A DNA stretch of 64,000 bases from Zygnema circumcarinatum SAG 698-1b (GCA_037447605.1 CM074811.1:3534001-3598000), one strand, 5' to 3'. Counted from the first letter of the stretch, positions 31,590 to 45,248 are shown. Made by a program: numbers and translations. Notes: generated from the letters alone by a model not told the origin.

Positions 31590-34500
31590 CTAATCTGGAG
31601 ACGGGCATGTGATTGGACAAGAGGAGAGGCCGCTTTTAGACTCACCTGTGGTTGGGTTCGTGCCTTCCTTCACCTCGTCCTGCTGTTCAACTGCTGCTCC
31701 TTGAGAGGGTGCGGTCACTACCACTGCCATCGGCTGTTCTTCACCTCCTCCTTGGAGGACTGAAGCGGATTGGTTTTCAGGTGTAGCAGACGGCTGAGGT
31801 GTTCCAATAGAGCTCGGTGTTTCAGTTGACTTGGATGAACGGAAGCGTCCTATTGGCCGACGAAGGGAGTTCAGATCAGGAGCCTTCAATATAGTCGCCT
31901 TCACATTGTACTTGTCGACTTTGATGGTCGACTTGTCCTTTGCTGCTAAGATTGAGAATCTTCTTAGTGTCTCTGACAATGGTCCCGACGAAGACGTGGA
32001 TGACCTTCCTTTTCTCGAAGAACCCACAGACGGCCCTTTGGGATACCTCAGGTTACCTTCCTCGTCCCTTAGAATGAGACCTGAAAACCCTAACTCCCCT
32101 GACCGCCTGTCTGCAACAGCGTTTGCAGCTGAAATATGCAAATACTTCGCTTTTCCATTTTCTTTTACACCTGTCTCCGCGTTCTCCGGGTTCTCTCCAT
32201 TCGCTGTCTGTCCTGTTTTCCCATCTGCCCCTTCTGCATCCTGATATGCCACCTTTATGAGTTCTCCACTGAAAAGACTCCTCAGCATCCCTTTTTCCTT
32301 TCTCTTCACTGTAAGTACTGGTGGTGGGACGTCAGGGTCTCCCACCTGAGTTTTAAGCTGCTCCCATAATGCTAAAGCACGGGCACTGCCGTCTTCTGCA
32401 GTTACAGTTTCAGCGGTTTCCCGAACGGGCCCATCGTTTCCACCTTCTTCCTTGTCCCCCTCTCCCCTTGTATTATCCCCTTCTCCTTTCCCCAAAAAGC
32501 CAGAATGCCCTTTTTCACTGTCCGTCTCTTCATACTCTTCGTAATCTTCAAATGAAACCTCAAAGATAGTATAATTCCTGAGTCCAGGAATAAAGGGTTG
32601 GAGTTCGAGCAGGATCGCGAGAAGTATGAGAAAAACAACCCACCCGATGTAAGCGTAGCGAAGACCTTGCGCTGCTCCTGATATGTGAAGCCCAATAAAT
32701 ATTTGAACCACCGCCATCACGAACAGAAACAAACCTGACCATTGGTGGCCCCTTCTCCATGGCTCACGCCACATGGAGGATTCGTCAGGTCGCCATATTA
32801 CCGCCAACACCTGCATCTCACAATGCAGGTCTCAGAACTCAGAGACCTTCTTCACTTGCTAAATAGTTGAGCCTGCCTTCCTTCACCAAACCAGACAGGG
32901 AACAAGGTAGAGACAAAAGGAGTCCCGAAATGGTTGGGATACGGCAGATTCACCTGAAGGGAGGCAAGCACAAAGAGCGCAAACCCAATTCCCATGTGCA
33001 GAACGTTGGTGCCTTCGTGGACCATTACCAAACCAGTAACGAAACCGGCCTGCCCCAACCAATAGCCAAGCAGCTGCATTGCTCGGTGGACAGGAAACCA
33101 ATAGGGGCTCATACGACGCACATAACGTGCTGCAATGCCGCCAAGTGGCAGCACCACTCCCCATGCCACCACATTGATAATTCCGTGGGTCTGCACAAGG
33201 TAGAACTTTCTCCCATGAGATTCATGTGGGTTTCTAGTTGCAATACCAGAGACTGGTTAAGCATAAAAGAGTCACAGCAGAACCTCAGAAATCTCTAATG
33301 TCTTAGATCTATCAGTATCTCAGAAGCTGCAAAACCTAAGTGACTATCGGTGCGGCAGAGCCCACAACTCAGAAAAGGTTTTTCTGCCTTTACAGTAAAG
33401 CGTGGTAGCAAGATGGACTTCCACTTTCCGAATCAATGACTACAGCAGTAATGGGATTTGCACTACTTATGCTCTCCAGGAAAAAGCCACTTACCCCCCA
33501 ATGCCGCCGATTTTTGTCTCCCGAAGTTGACGTTTCAATAGGCTGGAAACTAATGATAGAGGTAGACAATCCCGTGATTCCATCTTGTGAGAGCTCAGAA
33601 CCGTTCAAAGCAGCCCCCTTTGTCCAAACCAAGTAAGGTGCAGTAAGGTCTGGCGAAAGGTAGAACGTGAATGTCATTGTCAAAATATTGCTCAGAAGCT
33701 CTCCTGCTGTTGTTGTTACACTCAAGTTGCCACCCGGCACTACTTGACTCGCTAAGAGACCCCCCACGTAAAACTGTTTCACCTCTATTTCCCCTTGAGC
33801 ATCCTTATAAGTAGCTAAGAGGCTTGAAGCTTGTTTGTCACCAGTTGGGGAGATCCCCACAGCGGCCCAATTGGCTTCACTATCCAATTGAGTGATGAAT
33901 GCAGCCGAAATCGCAGAACCGTCTAAAGTCCACATGAAGGTATAACCACCAGGTAATGCGACGCATGTCGTAAACCGAAGCTTTTCGCCCTTGAATTCAG
34001 TTACGCAGGACGACTGTTGAGTAAGAGCGGGAGGTGGAGAATTGCTTGAGGAAGAAGGCGGAGGGGGAGCTACATACGGGGCGAGAGGGGGGTGGTATAT
34101 TGGGTTAGTCCCATACAATGGTGTACAGTAGCGTGACGATTGTCCAGGGTCTAAGGAAATGCGAGTGCCTCCTTGGAAATATCCAGAAGACTCGTCGTGG
34201 TTTAAAAGGATCGGATTATCCCTTGTGGAGTCGGGAGCGAGGGGTCCCGCCGCATACACAACGTACCAATTTCCGAATACAGTGGGAGAAGACGTGAGGT
34301 CAACATCATAGATGGAGTCATTGGTCTTAGCCCACTTCGAGTATGTTACAAATGTCACATCGTCAAGCCGGTATGATTGCGTGAGGTTGACATTGTTAAG
34401 ACCCGGAGATTCTCCAAGCACAGAGTCCTGCATGCCATAGAATAGAATGCATAGGCCTTACCGTTCCATGTTCAGGAAAACGCTGCGTACCTAGTTTCAC

Positions 34501-36550
34501 TGAACGTCCAAAGTTCGTTGCATGACCCACGGAGTAAAGAAGAAAAATGAGGATCGCTACGAAGACTTTCGGGTAAGTTCATTTTACGTTTAATTCTTTA
34601 AAGATTGATACACTCCAACAGACAATAGAAGACTCACCAGACACACGCCAGTCATGTTTCCAGGTACACCTCCACACATTTCCTTGGCGAGAAGGTAAAA
34701 GTCAAGAGCGAAGCCCTGCGGGTCTCCCGCTATGACCCCTACCACAGTTACATCTGCAAGCAGACTCTGTGATCTCGCCTGATTCCCCGAAAAGCCAAAA
34801 GCAGCCCAGCTGTTGTCTCCTACACGAGTTTCAACTCCATAGTCCACCAAATACTCTTCTCCAACTTTTGTCGTGGTCCAATAGCTGCAAACCCACATGA
34901 CTTCAACTCCGATCAACACAGGGTTTGGCAAAAAGGCCCTTTTTTGTAATACAAGTACAGTTGCTCAGTTCAATTAGGTCCCTTAGTATTGTCGGTGATC
35001 CCTTCTCCATGTCGGATCAATCCTGATAAAAAACAAACTTAAAAAAAAAAAAAGGGGGCCGGGGTGGGAAGTGTTGACTATTCCTGAAACTGTCTCAATT
35101 TCAGAACTCGATTAATGGATGGGTGATAGAAAGACTAAAACCGCAGACCAGTTCTCAAAGTACCGTCCGGAGGTGGGCCAAAGAAATATGAAACTCCACT
35201 TCAAGAGATTTGTCAACACACTCACATATTCAACCGGTTGGGGATTCCCTGTACGCAATTCTCGAAGTTAGCTCCGGGGCCATTCGCAGAGTAATTTGTC
35301 TGAGGAGGAGGAGGAGAGGGAGAAGGAGGAGGCGGCGGCTTTATCAACTGCTGATTTTTTGCAGCTCCCTCAACAATCGCCTGATATTCCCTCACGATAC
35401 CACCACCATTTGAAATAACCCCTATTCGTATGCTTGCAAGAACTTCACCTCCTCCACCCTTGCAGGCTGCGCAGTAAACGTAAATAACTCCAATGTTGTC
35501 CCATATAAGCCCCCCCGCTTTGATGTAAACAACAACAGTCCTTGCAGCGGCAGAGATATTAAACTCAAAGTCAGGATTGATAGGCCCAGCCCACGAGAAG
35601 TTTCCAGTTGGGTCGGCGTTCGACCAAAACGTTAACAATGGAGCTTTCGGAGAAGTCCTGCAACAAGTTAAGCACAGCAAAAGGAACGAGGGAAAGGGTT
35701 GGAGAGAGACTCTGAGCGGAATTGAAGTGAGGAAGTAGTGAAACAGAAACGACGGGGGGAGAGAGAGGACACCAAACGGAGGGAAGTGCGGCAAATCAAA
35801 CTGCAAACGTCCGTCAAGAGCCCATACGACGACCTAAAAACATTCACAAAAACTTTCAAGTTTCAAAAGGAACTGTAAGTCCAGGTGAGGATATATTTGA
35901 CTGGACAGCTGTAGATGTTTCTGCAGCGTGTGGCTAGAGTGGCTTTTTGAAGCCTTAAAACCGTACGAGCGTTTAAAAAGAAGACTTACTCAGAGTGTTT
36001 CAAGCTCATGCTGTAAAGTGTCTTAACCCTACACTGCATTCCCCCAAGCTGCTCACATCTACTCCATACACTTTTCAAAGGCGTCAGGTTCAGGTTCAAG
36101 TTCATAAAAGCATGACATCAAACGCTTCCGCTGCAGAAGCACAGCTTCGACACAACATGTCGAGCACAGTGCATAAGTTTTTACAATCACATGAAAAAAA
36201 ACAGGACACAAATGTGCATAAAAACTGTTCACTGCTTTATTGCGAGTGAATAAAGAGCCTTACGTGAAATTAACGGCGAAATAGCAGTCGTCAAAAATTA
36301 CGAGTGTTCCGGCAATTGCAATGGATGCGGTGGCAGCCTCCACCAGGTCGCCTGAGAAGCCCACTTTGGTGATATTCCCTGACGCTCCGCAAGGTGAATA
36401 GATGGGGAAAGAGCCGTATCCGTCCGAAAAAACGACTCCCCGAGAAACTGCTCCTGAGGAAGTAGCCGCGAAACCAGCGCCAACACAGCCTAAGACTGCA
36501 ACCAGCAGCAGCCATGGCTGCACCTCCTGATTGCGCTTGCTTTCCGTCAT
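31590..36550 (-). CDS. Secreted/membrane DM13-DOMON-DOMON-cytochrome b561 protein with a long C-terminal tail
   Basis: Signal-like WLLLVAVLGCVGAGFA; DM13-like GTLVIFDDCYFA...WDNIGVIYVYC; DOMON WAAFGFSG...ADVTVV...WYVVYAAGP; second DOMON WAAVGISPTG; b561 histidines THG, VHR, LHM and GHQ. Confidence 0.85.
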
Positions 36551-36996
36551 GGCTCCTCCGCCAGCAATCTTGATACTGCAGTGAGGCCTCACGCACTATC
36601 TGACTTCAACGGCTGTCCTCCCCTTCCTCCCGTTCCTCATCCCTGGCCCGCCCACCTCTCCCTCTCTCCCTCCCTCTAACCCTCCCCCTCTATCTCTCCC
36701 CCTCTCTCTTCCTCCCTTTCCCTCACCCGCCGTCGCCTTCGTCCCCTTGTTCCTTCTCCCTCCCACCCTCACGCTCTCTCCCGACCTCAACCTTTCTCCT
36801 CTCTCTCGCTCTCTCGCCCTCTTTCTCTCTCTTTTTCCAGCTCAAGCTCACTCTCTCTTTCTCCCTCTCAAGCTCCCCCTCCCTCTCTCGTCTCTCTCCC
36901 TCACCAAGCGGTAGGCGACAGCAGCAAGCGCAGCCAGCCGCTGGATACGAACCCGGATTTAAAAGAGACGAGAAAACAACAAACCAACCAACCGGG

Positions 36997-37099
36997 TTGG
37001 CGCCAACCGCATTTTTGGGGCTAGATGACGTCACTGTTGTCATTGCCCTGGCGCGCCGGTCTCGTCAATGACGTCATAATTCCCCAAAATCGGCGCCAA
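36997..37099. promoter_or_regulatory. Imperfect inverted repeat with two TGACGTCA palindromes in a divergent intergenic region
   Basis: Arms TTGGCGCC...ATTTTTGGGG...ATGACGTCA (36997-37033) and ATGACGTCAT...CCCCAAAAT.GGCGCCAA (37068-37099). Regulatory role is not shown. Confidence 0.45.
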
Positions 37100-37794
37100 A
37101 TCCCCTGCCCGAATCCTTAAAACCAATCAGCGCGCAGGGAATACCCTCCAAAAAATACCTTTCCCGATTTCAAATGTCGGTTGTGAGGCGGCTTTTGGCC
37201 CTCCTGCCAGCTGGCGCCCTTCCCCGCCGCTGCCGCTGCGTACGGAATAATGACGTGGCACTCTCTGCCAGACGTTGGACGTACGATTACCGTACGAACC
37301 GTGTACGAACTGCGCGGATCGCGGGCATTCGGCCCTTGCGCGCTTTACGCCGCCAGGCGGCGCCACCCGGGCGGCAGAGAACGGACCGTACGGTACGGGC
37401 ACATGTCGTTTGTGCACGCGCCGCAAAGTCGATGTTCAAAGGTGGGTTTGGGATGGGGAGGCGGTTGTGGAGTTGTGGAGCATGTTGCGAATGAAGGGGT
37501 ACAATGTTGACCTGGTGTGCTTGGTAACATGGCACATGTACAATGTTAGATCTGGGTAGGGTTGGGACGTTGATGGCTCGAGCGCTGGCAGATTATGCTA
37601 TTTTAAGGCGAAGAAAAATAAATGATTGAGAACGTAAAGCTCGAATTGTTCAAGCTTTCTTTGACATTGCAGTTCATCGTCTACCGCCCGCTCCTTGTGC
37701 CGCTGGAAACAATGAGTCCTGCACGTGCAGCATAGCGCCCTGGTCGGCTCCTTGAGCAGTCTTGGTGCTCACAGCTGCTCGCTTGACAAAGTGT

Positions 37795-38031
37795 CACAGG
37801 TCAGACCATGGGATCGGCAACCATTGGGCAACCATTGTGTGTGTCTGCTTCCGCTTCCCTTGCTTTCGCTTCTGCCATATCATTGGTTATTGCTGTTCCC
37901 AGATAGATAGCAACGGTTGCACGTCCAATGGTTGCCAACCATTGGACGCGACCAATGATGAATCCAATGGTTGGCAGACATTGCAATGGTTGGAACCATT
38001 GGCAATGGTTGATCCATAGGTCCGACCTGTG
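37795..38031. mobile_element. MITE-like ~237-bp element with internal CAACCATTG/CAATGGTTG repeats
   Basis: Imperfect ~21-bp terminal inverted repeats CACAGGTCAGACCATGGGATC / GATCCATAGGTCCGACCTGTG and about eight inward-oriented CAACCATTG-type motifs. No TSD identified. Confidence 0.6.
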
Positions 38032-38435
38032 CAGGGTTTCCCATTCGCTGAAGTCATGCCCTACCGCACTGTGCGCTGTGACTGTGGCAGTGGCGTAATT
38101 GTTGAACAACCAACGGAACTAGGAAGCGTGAAGCACAGGAAACGTAATTGTAGAAATATGTCTCGAAGGGGTGTTCACACGACAGCCCCGTTCGCCGCAT
38201 CGAGAACAAGAACCGTTGTTGTCTGAAAACGCTGTTCACATGGGACTGGAGGGATCCGGTTTCTGCTGGAGGGCGCTCTTGGCAACCTCATCAGGCTGCT
38301 CTCCTTTGAGGGGGAGCTTTCTGTGGGAGTGTTAGGGTTGCTGATCGCGACGCTGCATCTGCGGAACAGCAGAAAAAGAGGCTTTTGTTTGTTTATTTAA
38401 GATTTGTTTGTACTTCTGCGGGGTGATTTCTTACA

Positions 38436-39913
38436 ATGGCGGCTGCCGATGCAAAGCAAGGAGGCATCAAACTTCTGCTCGCTGCTGAGCAGGAGGCGCA
38501 GAGGATTGTGGCGGATGCACGCGCTGGTATGTATGGATATGTATCTTTTTTCTGCACGACGGAGATAAGGAGTCACACGGATGTCAAGGGATCAGCATGA
38601 TGGTTTGCGAGAGTGGGAACCTGGATTTCATGGTGCTGCTGCAGAGAGTCCTTTTGTAAGTTTTTTTTGGTTTCTTGTATTTATTTTGGAGATGCTTGGT
38701 AGTCAGAAGGACTGCTCGGAGGAGGAAATTGTGTCAAAATGCCTCGACTCGAGTTGTGAACGGATTCACAACACGCTGCACTTGCTCGCGTATTGTCTGG
38801 CAATGTCTGCCAATATGTTTGTTCTTATCACGAGCATTGTTGTCAAGTGAAATTTTTTCTGATATTAGTGATCAGTCTCGTCGGATTTTAGAGCAAGCCT
38901 ATCCTGTACCTGCTCTCTCATCCATGGGGTGAAATAGTGTGTTTGGAGAGAATTTCTGATTTGTACTCGATCCGCATCATCTGGAGAAACACGCATACTC
39001 TCCTGTGTCTTACGTTGATGTGATGATAATGATGATACACGTGAACTTTTCCCTTCTGTCATTGCAGCCAAGACAAACCGCCTGAGACAGGCCAAAGAAG
39101 AAGCACAACGTGAGGCTGCAGCATATCGTGCGCAGCGGGAGGAGGAATATCAGAAGAAGAAATTGGGAGTAAGAATGTTAAATACACCCCTGTCCTCGTG
39201 TTTTGGATTGTTAAACGTAACCAACAGGGCTTGTCAACCTTTGACATTTCCGAAGTCGTATAATTTGAAATCAGTACATGCATTCCTGCGAAATAAGTAG
39301 GAAACGTGAAATCCGAAAGTACTGTTCTCGTGAAAGATTCCGAATCGCAATGCCAATGCTTGACACGCGCTAATGCTATTTTTCCCAGCTTTCTGTTTGT
39401 TACTTGGAAACTTTTAGCCAACTCGTGAATTGCGTGTTCTGCAAAAGGTCATGTCGTTGATGGAGTCAAGTTCCTTCTTTTTCGCTCAAGGAGCAATTAC
39501 TGGGGGTGCATGAAGATTGACCTAACTGGGTTTTCTGTGTTCAGCAATCTGGTGACTCTGATTCCACTTTGAAGAGGCTTGAAGTCGAGACGGAGGAGAA
39601 GATTGACACTCTTGCGCAAGAAGCAAAGGCCGGGTCACAAGAGGTGATGGACAATCTTTCTCGTGCGTGTTTGTTCTGTATCTTCTCAGCTTGTTGATGT
39701 ATTTAATGATCTTTTTGAGCTAGAGATGGTCGACGATGGTCGGAAATCAAGTGGGAAGTGAACTCGACATCAGATATTTCACTTGACTGCCCTTGGTGAT
39801 CGTCACTTTCGTTGCCTATTGGCATAGAGTGAGTAACTCATGTCGTTGTATCTGCACTTTCCCTGCAGGTTACATCGTTGCTTTTGAAATTTGCCACACA
39901 CGTCAAGCTGTGA
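38436..39913 (+). CDS. VHA-G: V-type H+-ATPase subunit G (4 coding exons)
   Basis: MAAADAKQGGIKLLLAAEQEAQRIVADARA|AKTNRLRQAKEEAQREAAAYRAQREEEYQKKKLG|QSGDSDSTLKRLEVETEEKIDTLAQEAKAGSQE|VTSLLLKFATHVKL*. Confidence 0.93.
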
Positions 39914-40432
39914 GCTCTTCCAGTAGGGGAAGGATGCACACAAGATTTGACTTATTCCTCATCAACGACAGATCCGTTTCTCCAATAGCAAACTGATCAA
40001 GTTTGACCTGAAGCATTGTGCACAACTTTCCTGTAGAATCGCGATGATTGAGAAGGTGTAGGAATCGCATTGTTATATATGATTGCTGGTGCAATATAGT
40101 CCATTCGCGAGTAGCTGGCTCAAGGCTTTGTGTCCGGCAAGATAACCCTTTTGATAAAAACCAGAGGGCAAGAACGTACAAAAGGACGCGAGGCCTTTCA
40201 GCAATGATGTGAGCAACACTCCTTGGCGATTGCTGCTCATTATTTCTAGACAATTTTTCTTAAAAAAAAAAAAACCGAATGATGGTGGCGCTTCATCTGG
40301 GTCACCGCTGTAGTGGACTAAACCGGGAAAGTAGGGTCATGCTAATAGCTAAACGTTGACCCGGAAACATCTGACCTGAGAGAGAGAGAAAGGGAGGGGA
40401 GAGTTAAACTCGTAGTTTCCTTTTCCATGTCC

Positions 40433-43400
40433 TCACTGGCGCCGTTGTCTCTTTATCCGTTCCAAAGCCCCCAGGGGCTCCTCCCGCTCCCTCTCCTTCT
40501 CTTGGAGCTCGTTGGCTTTCCCGGCAAGCGCCCCATACACCGCATCAGGAACCTGCTTCTGGGCCAACTCCATGTCCGGTTCCTCACCACCCTCTGCCTT
40601 TTCCACTCCCTCTCCCTCCTCGTCCTCCTCCAGCTCGATCTCTTCAGGGTTGGCAGCCACCGGAGCCTGTGCCTGTCCTTCCCGCCCTGCGCTCACAAAC
40701 TGTGGCACCCTCTGCTGCGGAGCCGCAGCTGCCACTTGCCTTTCCAAGGCCGCCATGTCATCCTCCGGCATGCCCGGCCTCCCTGCCTCTCCCTCTCCCT
40801 CTCCCTCCCGTGCTCCGGCCCCGGGAGCGGGGCCGGGCTGCGCCGCCTTCTGCATGAGGTACTCCGGCAGGATAAAATGCATCTGCACACGTACACATCG
40901 AATCAGTTAAAGCACCATTGACTGTCGTTTCGTTCAGTTTTCATGAGCAGGTCAGACATTCTGCTCATGGGAACGCAGCCTTGACTAAAGCCAAAACAGA
41001 AGAAGTAACCCTACCTCCTTTTCCATGCCTGCGCTTTTGCACACCATAGGGTAGCAAAAGCAGATGCTGAGGATTGATGCATGCATGCTCCTGCTTGATC
41101 CCTTGACAAGGAGAGAAACAAGGGCCGCAAAGAGGAACTGAGGCGCGCGGGAGAGGAGTGAGTGACCTGGCTGTAGCTGGCGGACACGCTGCGCTTGATT
41201 CGCAGCATTTCACGAAACGTGTCCTCGTTACCGTGAGCGATCTCAAACGCATTCCAAGTCTCCCAGAACACGGCGTCAGAGCGGGGGTCTGCCAGCTGCG
41301 CTGCATAGGTGTAGATTCCGCGAGCGCGGTCGATCTCCCCCAGCTTGCGCTCCAACGCTGCGTACTTGAGGCACATGTTCTTCACGTCACCATCTGGAAG
41401 CCCGGATTCAATGGCTCTCTGAACCCCCTCCCCCAACACCCCACAATGATCAAGTCAGACACTTATCCCACCCTGCCAAACAATAGCTCTATCCCGTAGC
41501 GTACAACAATGTGGGAAAGTTCGCATTGAGCTATCCCGGAATATACTGAGTGATCAGAAGACAACCACCATTTCACCAGAAGAAGGAGAAGCCGCAGATA
41601 GTCTAAAATGCTGTTCGTTTGCCACTTCACTTCTTATTGATGTGAAACGGCATGAATTCGCCCATTCACACCATGCGCAGGCAGGAGGCAAAATGCAATG
41701 AATAGCCACTTCTGTGGTGGATGCTCCTGATCTATACAGCTCTAAACGGAAGAACTAAATCCCGACAACCTCAACAAATGCTGAAGCTTGAATGCAAAAG
41801 GGGCAATCCTCACATCATAAATCTCACGAGTCCTTGAAATGCCAAAGAACTCCGCTGCACGGGCAATGTAGATCTCAAACACGCTGAGCTTCTCGGCGTT
41901 TGGAACAGCCTTGGTCGCACGATCGTAGACAGCCATAGCATGCTTTGCTAAACCGTACTCCTCCTCCAGCTTCGCATATTGCAGGTACAATACCTTGCAC
42001 TCGTCGGCTGGGGCCTAACATATTCCGACACAACCAAAAACAAAGAATTAACCAATCGAAGGCTTCCACAACGTCCAATATACAGGTAAAGAAGGAAGGG
42101 GCCTTGCACAGTTACCGTATGCTCCCCAAGTGATACTGAGCTTGCACACTGAGCTTGCATTGCGTGCCCTTGCAGATGCTGAAGGAAGGGAGGAACACAA
42201 TGCACAGAAAGAGATGCGGTGTATCTAAACCGAGGGATATAGGGATCATCAGTACCTGTTCCAAAGCCTGTTCAAACAGGTCTCTAGCTCGTTCCATCTT
42301 TCGTCCACCATATCTCTGAACAAATTTCGTGAGATAGGCTGTCCAAATATCCTTGACATGGGGGTACTTGAAAATATGAACACCTCTCTCATAAGCTTTG
42401 AATGCATCCTCGAAGTAAGAACTTTCCTGCTCCCATGAACAACCCAATTGTTCAAATTAGCAAACACTTTACAAAATCAATGGAACTCTGTGAGTCTAGA
42501 ACGAGATGCCCCAAAACTTAGGCGGTACCTCTTCAGTTTACAAAGACTATGCAATGGAAAGCATTGCAGCAGCATATGTAACCGCTTGTATACGTGAAGG
42601 CAAGTGGCCAGATGCGTGACTGGAACTCTAGAACATTCAAATAGATCAGCAGACTAATGTGGAGGCGATAGATTAATTTGAGATGATCAGCTCGTTCAAC
42701 CAAACGCTTCTATTCACCTATTTCATTATTCTGGCAGACAATTGGAAGTGACTTGGGATAAATTACCTCCAGAAGAAGGGCGTAATTGATGATAATCTGA
42801 GGAGTGGCAATCTTGAGGTCCAAAATCCGCTCATAGAGGACTCTAGTCGTCTCAAGCGTCCCCAGACTTTCCTCCAAGTCCACATAGAAAGACCAAAGCT
42901 TTAAGCTACGGTGCACACGCAGTTGCACTCTCTCGTCACCCTCCGACGCAGCTGCACAAATCAAGCTATTTCACGTGAAATGCTGTTCAATTCACCAGGT
43001 GTGCTTTCAATAGGGTTGTCACAGAGCCAACGGCCTTTTGTCAACCGCGAAACGTCCTAATTCCGCAATCCCCATGATGGCTGCCGATGCATCCCTGTTT
43101 TTGGTTCCACATCTTGACAGAAGAGGTTGTCCACAAAAAATGCCTGAGGAGGTTTCTTGTTTGAGGTCAAACTCCCTCACATGCTCAAGAACAATCGGGG
43201 ATGAGGCAACTAGCTACCGCATTTAATGTGCGAAAAAAAAACCCGATGAATGCCCCTGGCACCTACACGTGAGCAGCACCAAGTGTACTTTTCTAGCAGC
43301 CTAGTTTACAGACAGATAAGTTGCAGTTCTCACCTTTTCTCCGAACAGCTGCTGAAGGTTCTGCTGTGGCACGTTTCATGAGCTCCCGAGCACCTGCAAA

Positions 43401-44843
43401 ATTTTTCCCACGCAATTCCATTTCTGCCCACTCACACCAAATAGCTGCTAGGTCATCGGCTGCCTTATATTCGGCTTGAACTGCCTTCTCCATGATCAAG
43501 CGCGCATTTGGAAGGTCTCCATGTTCCTCGTAGAGCCGTGCAAACTTCACCCAAAGTGTATGCACCTTTCCAACTGCCTTATGCGGGTCAACTGTCTTCA
43601 CCGCTTCAGTGTAAGTCAAAATCTGCTTTGCAGGATGAGAGGTGAAAAGCTTGGCACGTTTGTGCCACTCATGAACATTATGCGGATTTTGCCGAAGTAG
43701 AACACTACTTACAAGTTCTGGTCGACGCTCTAAAAGCAAGTCAAGCCGTGCAATGCGCAGGTCCAAGTCATCTGAGTCATGCAGCCAGTCATGGCTGTCA
43801 TCCTCATCCTCTTCCACAGACTTGTGACCGTTCAGCCCCTTGCTACTCAATGCGAGTTTTCGTCTCTCTTCTCTCCTCCGTTCTTCCTCCTCCAACATCT
43901 CTATTTTTGCTGCTAACATGCTCTCTTCAAATTGAGTGTAGGCGTCAAAAATCATGCTAAAGTCCCGCACAGTGATGACGCTCATCATTCCCTCCTCGTA
44001 AACATCGCGAGCGTTCTCAAAGAGACCTCGACGGATATAAAAATCTGCTAAGGACGTCCAAAGGCGTCCGACCTCGTCACTAAACTTCCTAAGGCCTCCT
44101 CTAATGATAGCATCCACTTTCAAACCCTTCACTTCCGTTGCATGTTTGGTCAGCAAGTCGCAAAGCTCTAACCACAGCTGGTGCTTGCTCTTCCCTTTGA
44201 AGGATGTAAACTCCTCGTCATTCAAAACCTGAGCTAGACGTTCAGCTGCCTCTTGCCACATCTCTGACTTTATAAGAAAGTCGATGTACTCTTCTACTTG
44301 CGTTGGTTCCAACTTCAAATACCTCCTATACACACGCAAAGCAGTCTCCACCGGGACCTCCTCCTGCCTCACAAATTGCAAATAAAGCTCCCATATTCGA
44401 TCGTGCTGCGTTGCTGGCAATGAACAAAGAGCACGATCAAAGCTTCGCCGCGTTCGAACTATCAACTTCTGGTCCATGAGAATTTGAAGATAGAGAAGCC
44501 ATATCCGAGGCATTTTGTGCATAGTCACCAGTGCACGTTCAAATGTATTGCTGAGAGCTGCCCAAGCAGAATGCGTGATGCACAGGCCCCTCACTGCAGC
44601 CATTCGTTCTAGCAGGTATGCATGCCATAGCTTGTAACTTCCTGGAAGAGCGTGCAGACCACGCTCATATATGAGATAACGCTTCTTTACAGGAGAGTCC
44701 CGCCGGGCGTGCAGGTAACGCCACCACAGCTTCAACGAGAAGGGGTTGCGGAGAATCTCTTCCTCGTAAAGGAGGTCTTCTTCCGAAGGCAGAAGCGATT
44801 CAGGAAGCGGAGCTGCTGGCGTGGTTGCTTCCGAGATGCCCAT
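40433..44843 (-). CDS. SYF1: Pre-mRNA splicing factor SYF1/XAB2 (HAT-repeat protein)
   Basis: EEDLLYEEEILRNPFSLKLWWRY, YKLWHAYL, FERALVTMHKMPRIW, LLRQNPHNVHEW, RSLKLWSFYVDLEES, YERGVHIFKYPHV, ERARDLFEQA, HGNEDTFREMLRIKRSV, NPEEIEL. First in-frame ATG is 44843; the ORF track begins at a TTG. Confidence 0.96.
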
Positions 44844-45248
44844 AATTGGAAGAGAGAGGAGAGCCAAGACGGAGAGGAGAGCGAGAGAGAAAAAGAGAGA
44901 GAGGCACCACAGCAGGCCGCGAAGAGGGAGAGAGAGAGATAGGCGGAAAGAGGGAGAGGAAATACCGTGAGCATAGCCTGAAACTATTTACATTTCAAGC
45001 CTTTCAGCTCCATGTGCTTCCAAACGTTCGTGCGCAGTTGTGGTTCTGTTTGACGCTAAACTTCTGAATGATCGACATAGAGCGAAAGTGCATATGTGCT
45101 TACGCACTGGAACTGGATGCAGCGAACGAAAAGGGCCTCGCCTGGTCCTTTGGCGGTTCTTGCTTCCTACGAGAGGGACGTGAGGGAGGGCAGGAGAAGG
45201 GCAGGGGCTGCAGGAAGGGGGGGGCTCGCCTCGCCTCGCCTCGCCGCA

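Noticed and set aside
44844-44867. Non-AUG N-terminal extension of SYF1 from the ORF track
   Set aside because: The track starts at TTG; an in-frame ATG follows eight codons later, and nothing supports the extension.
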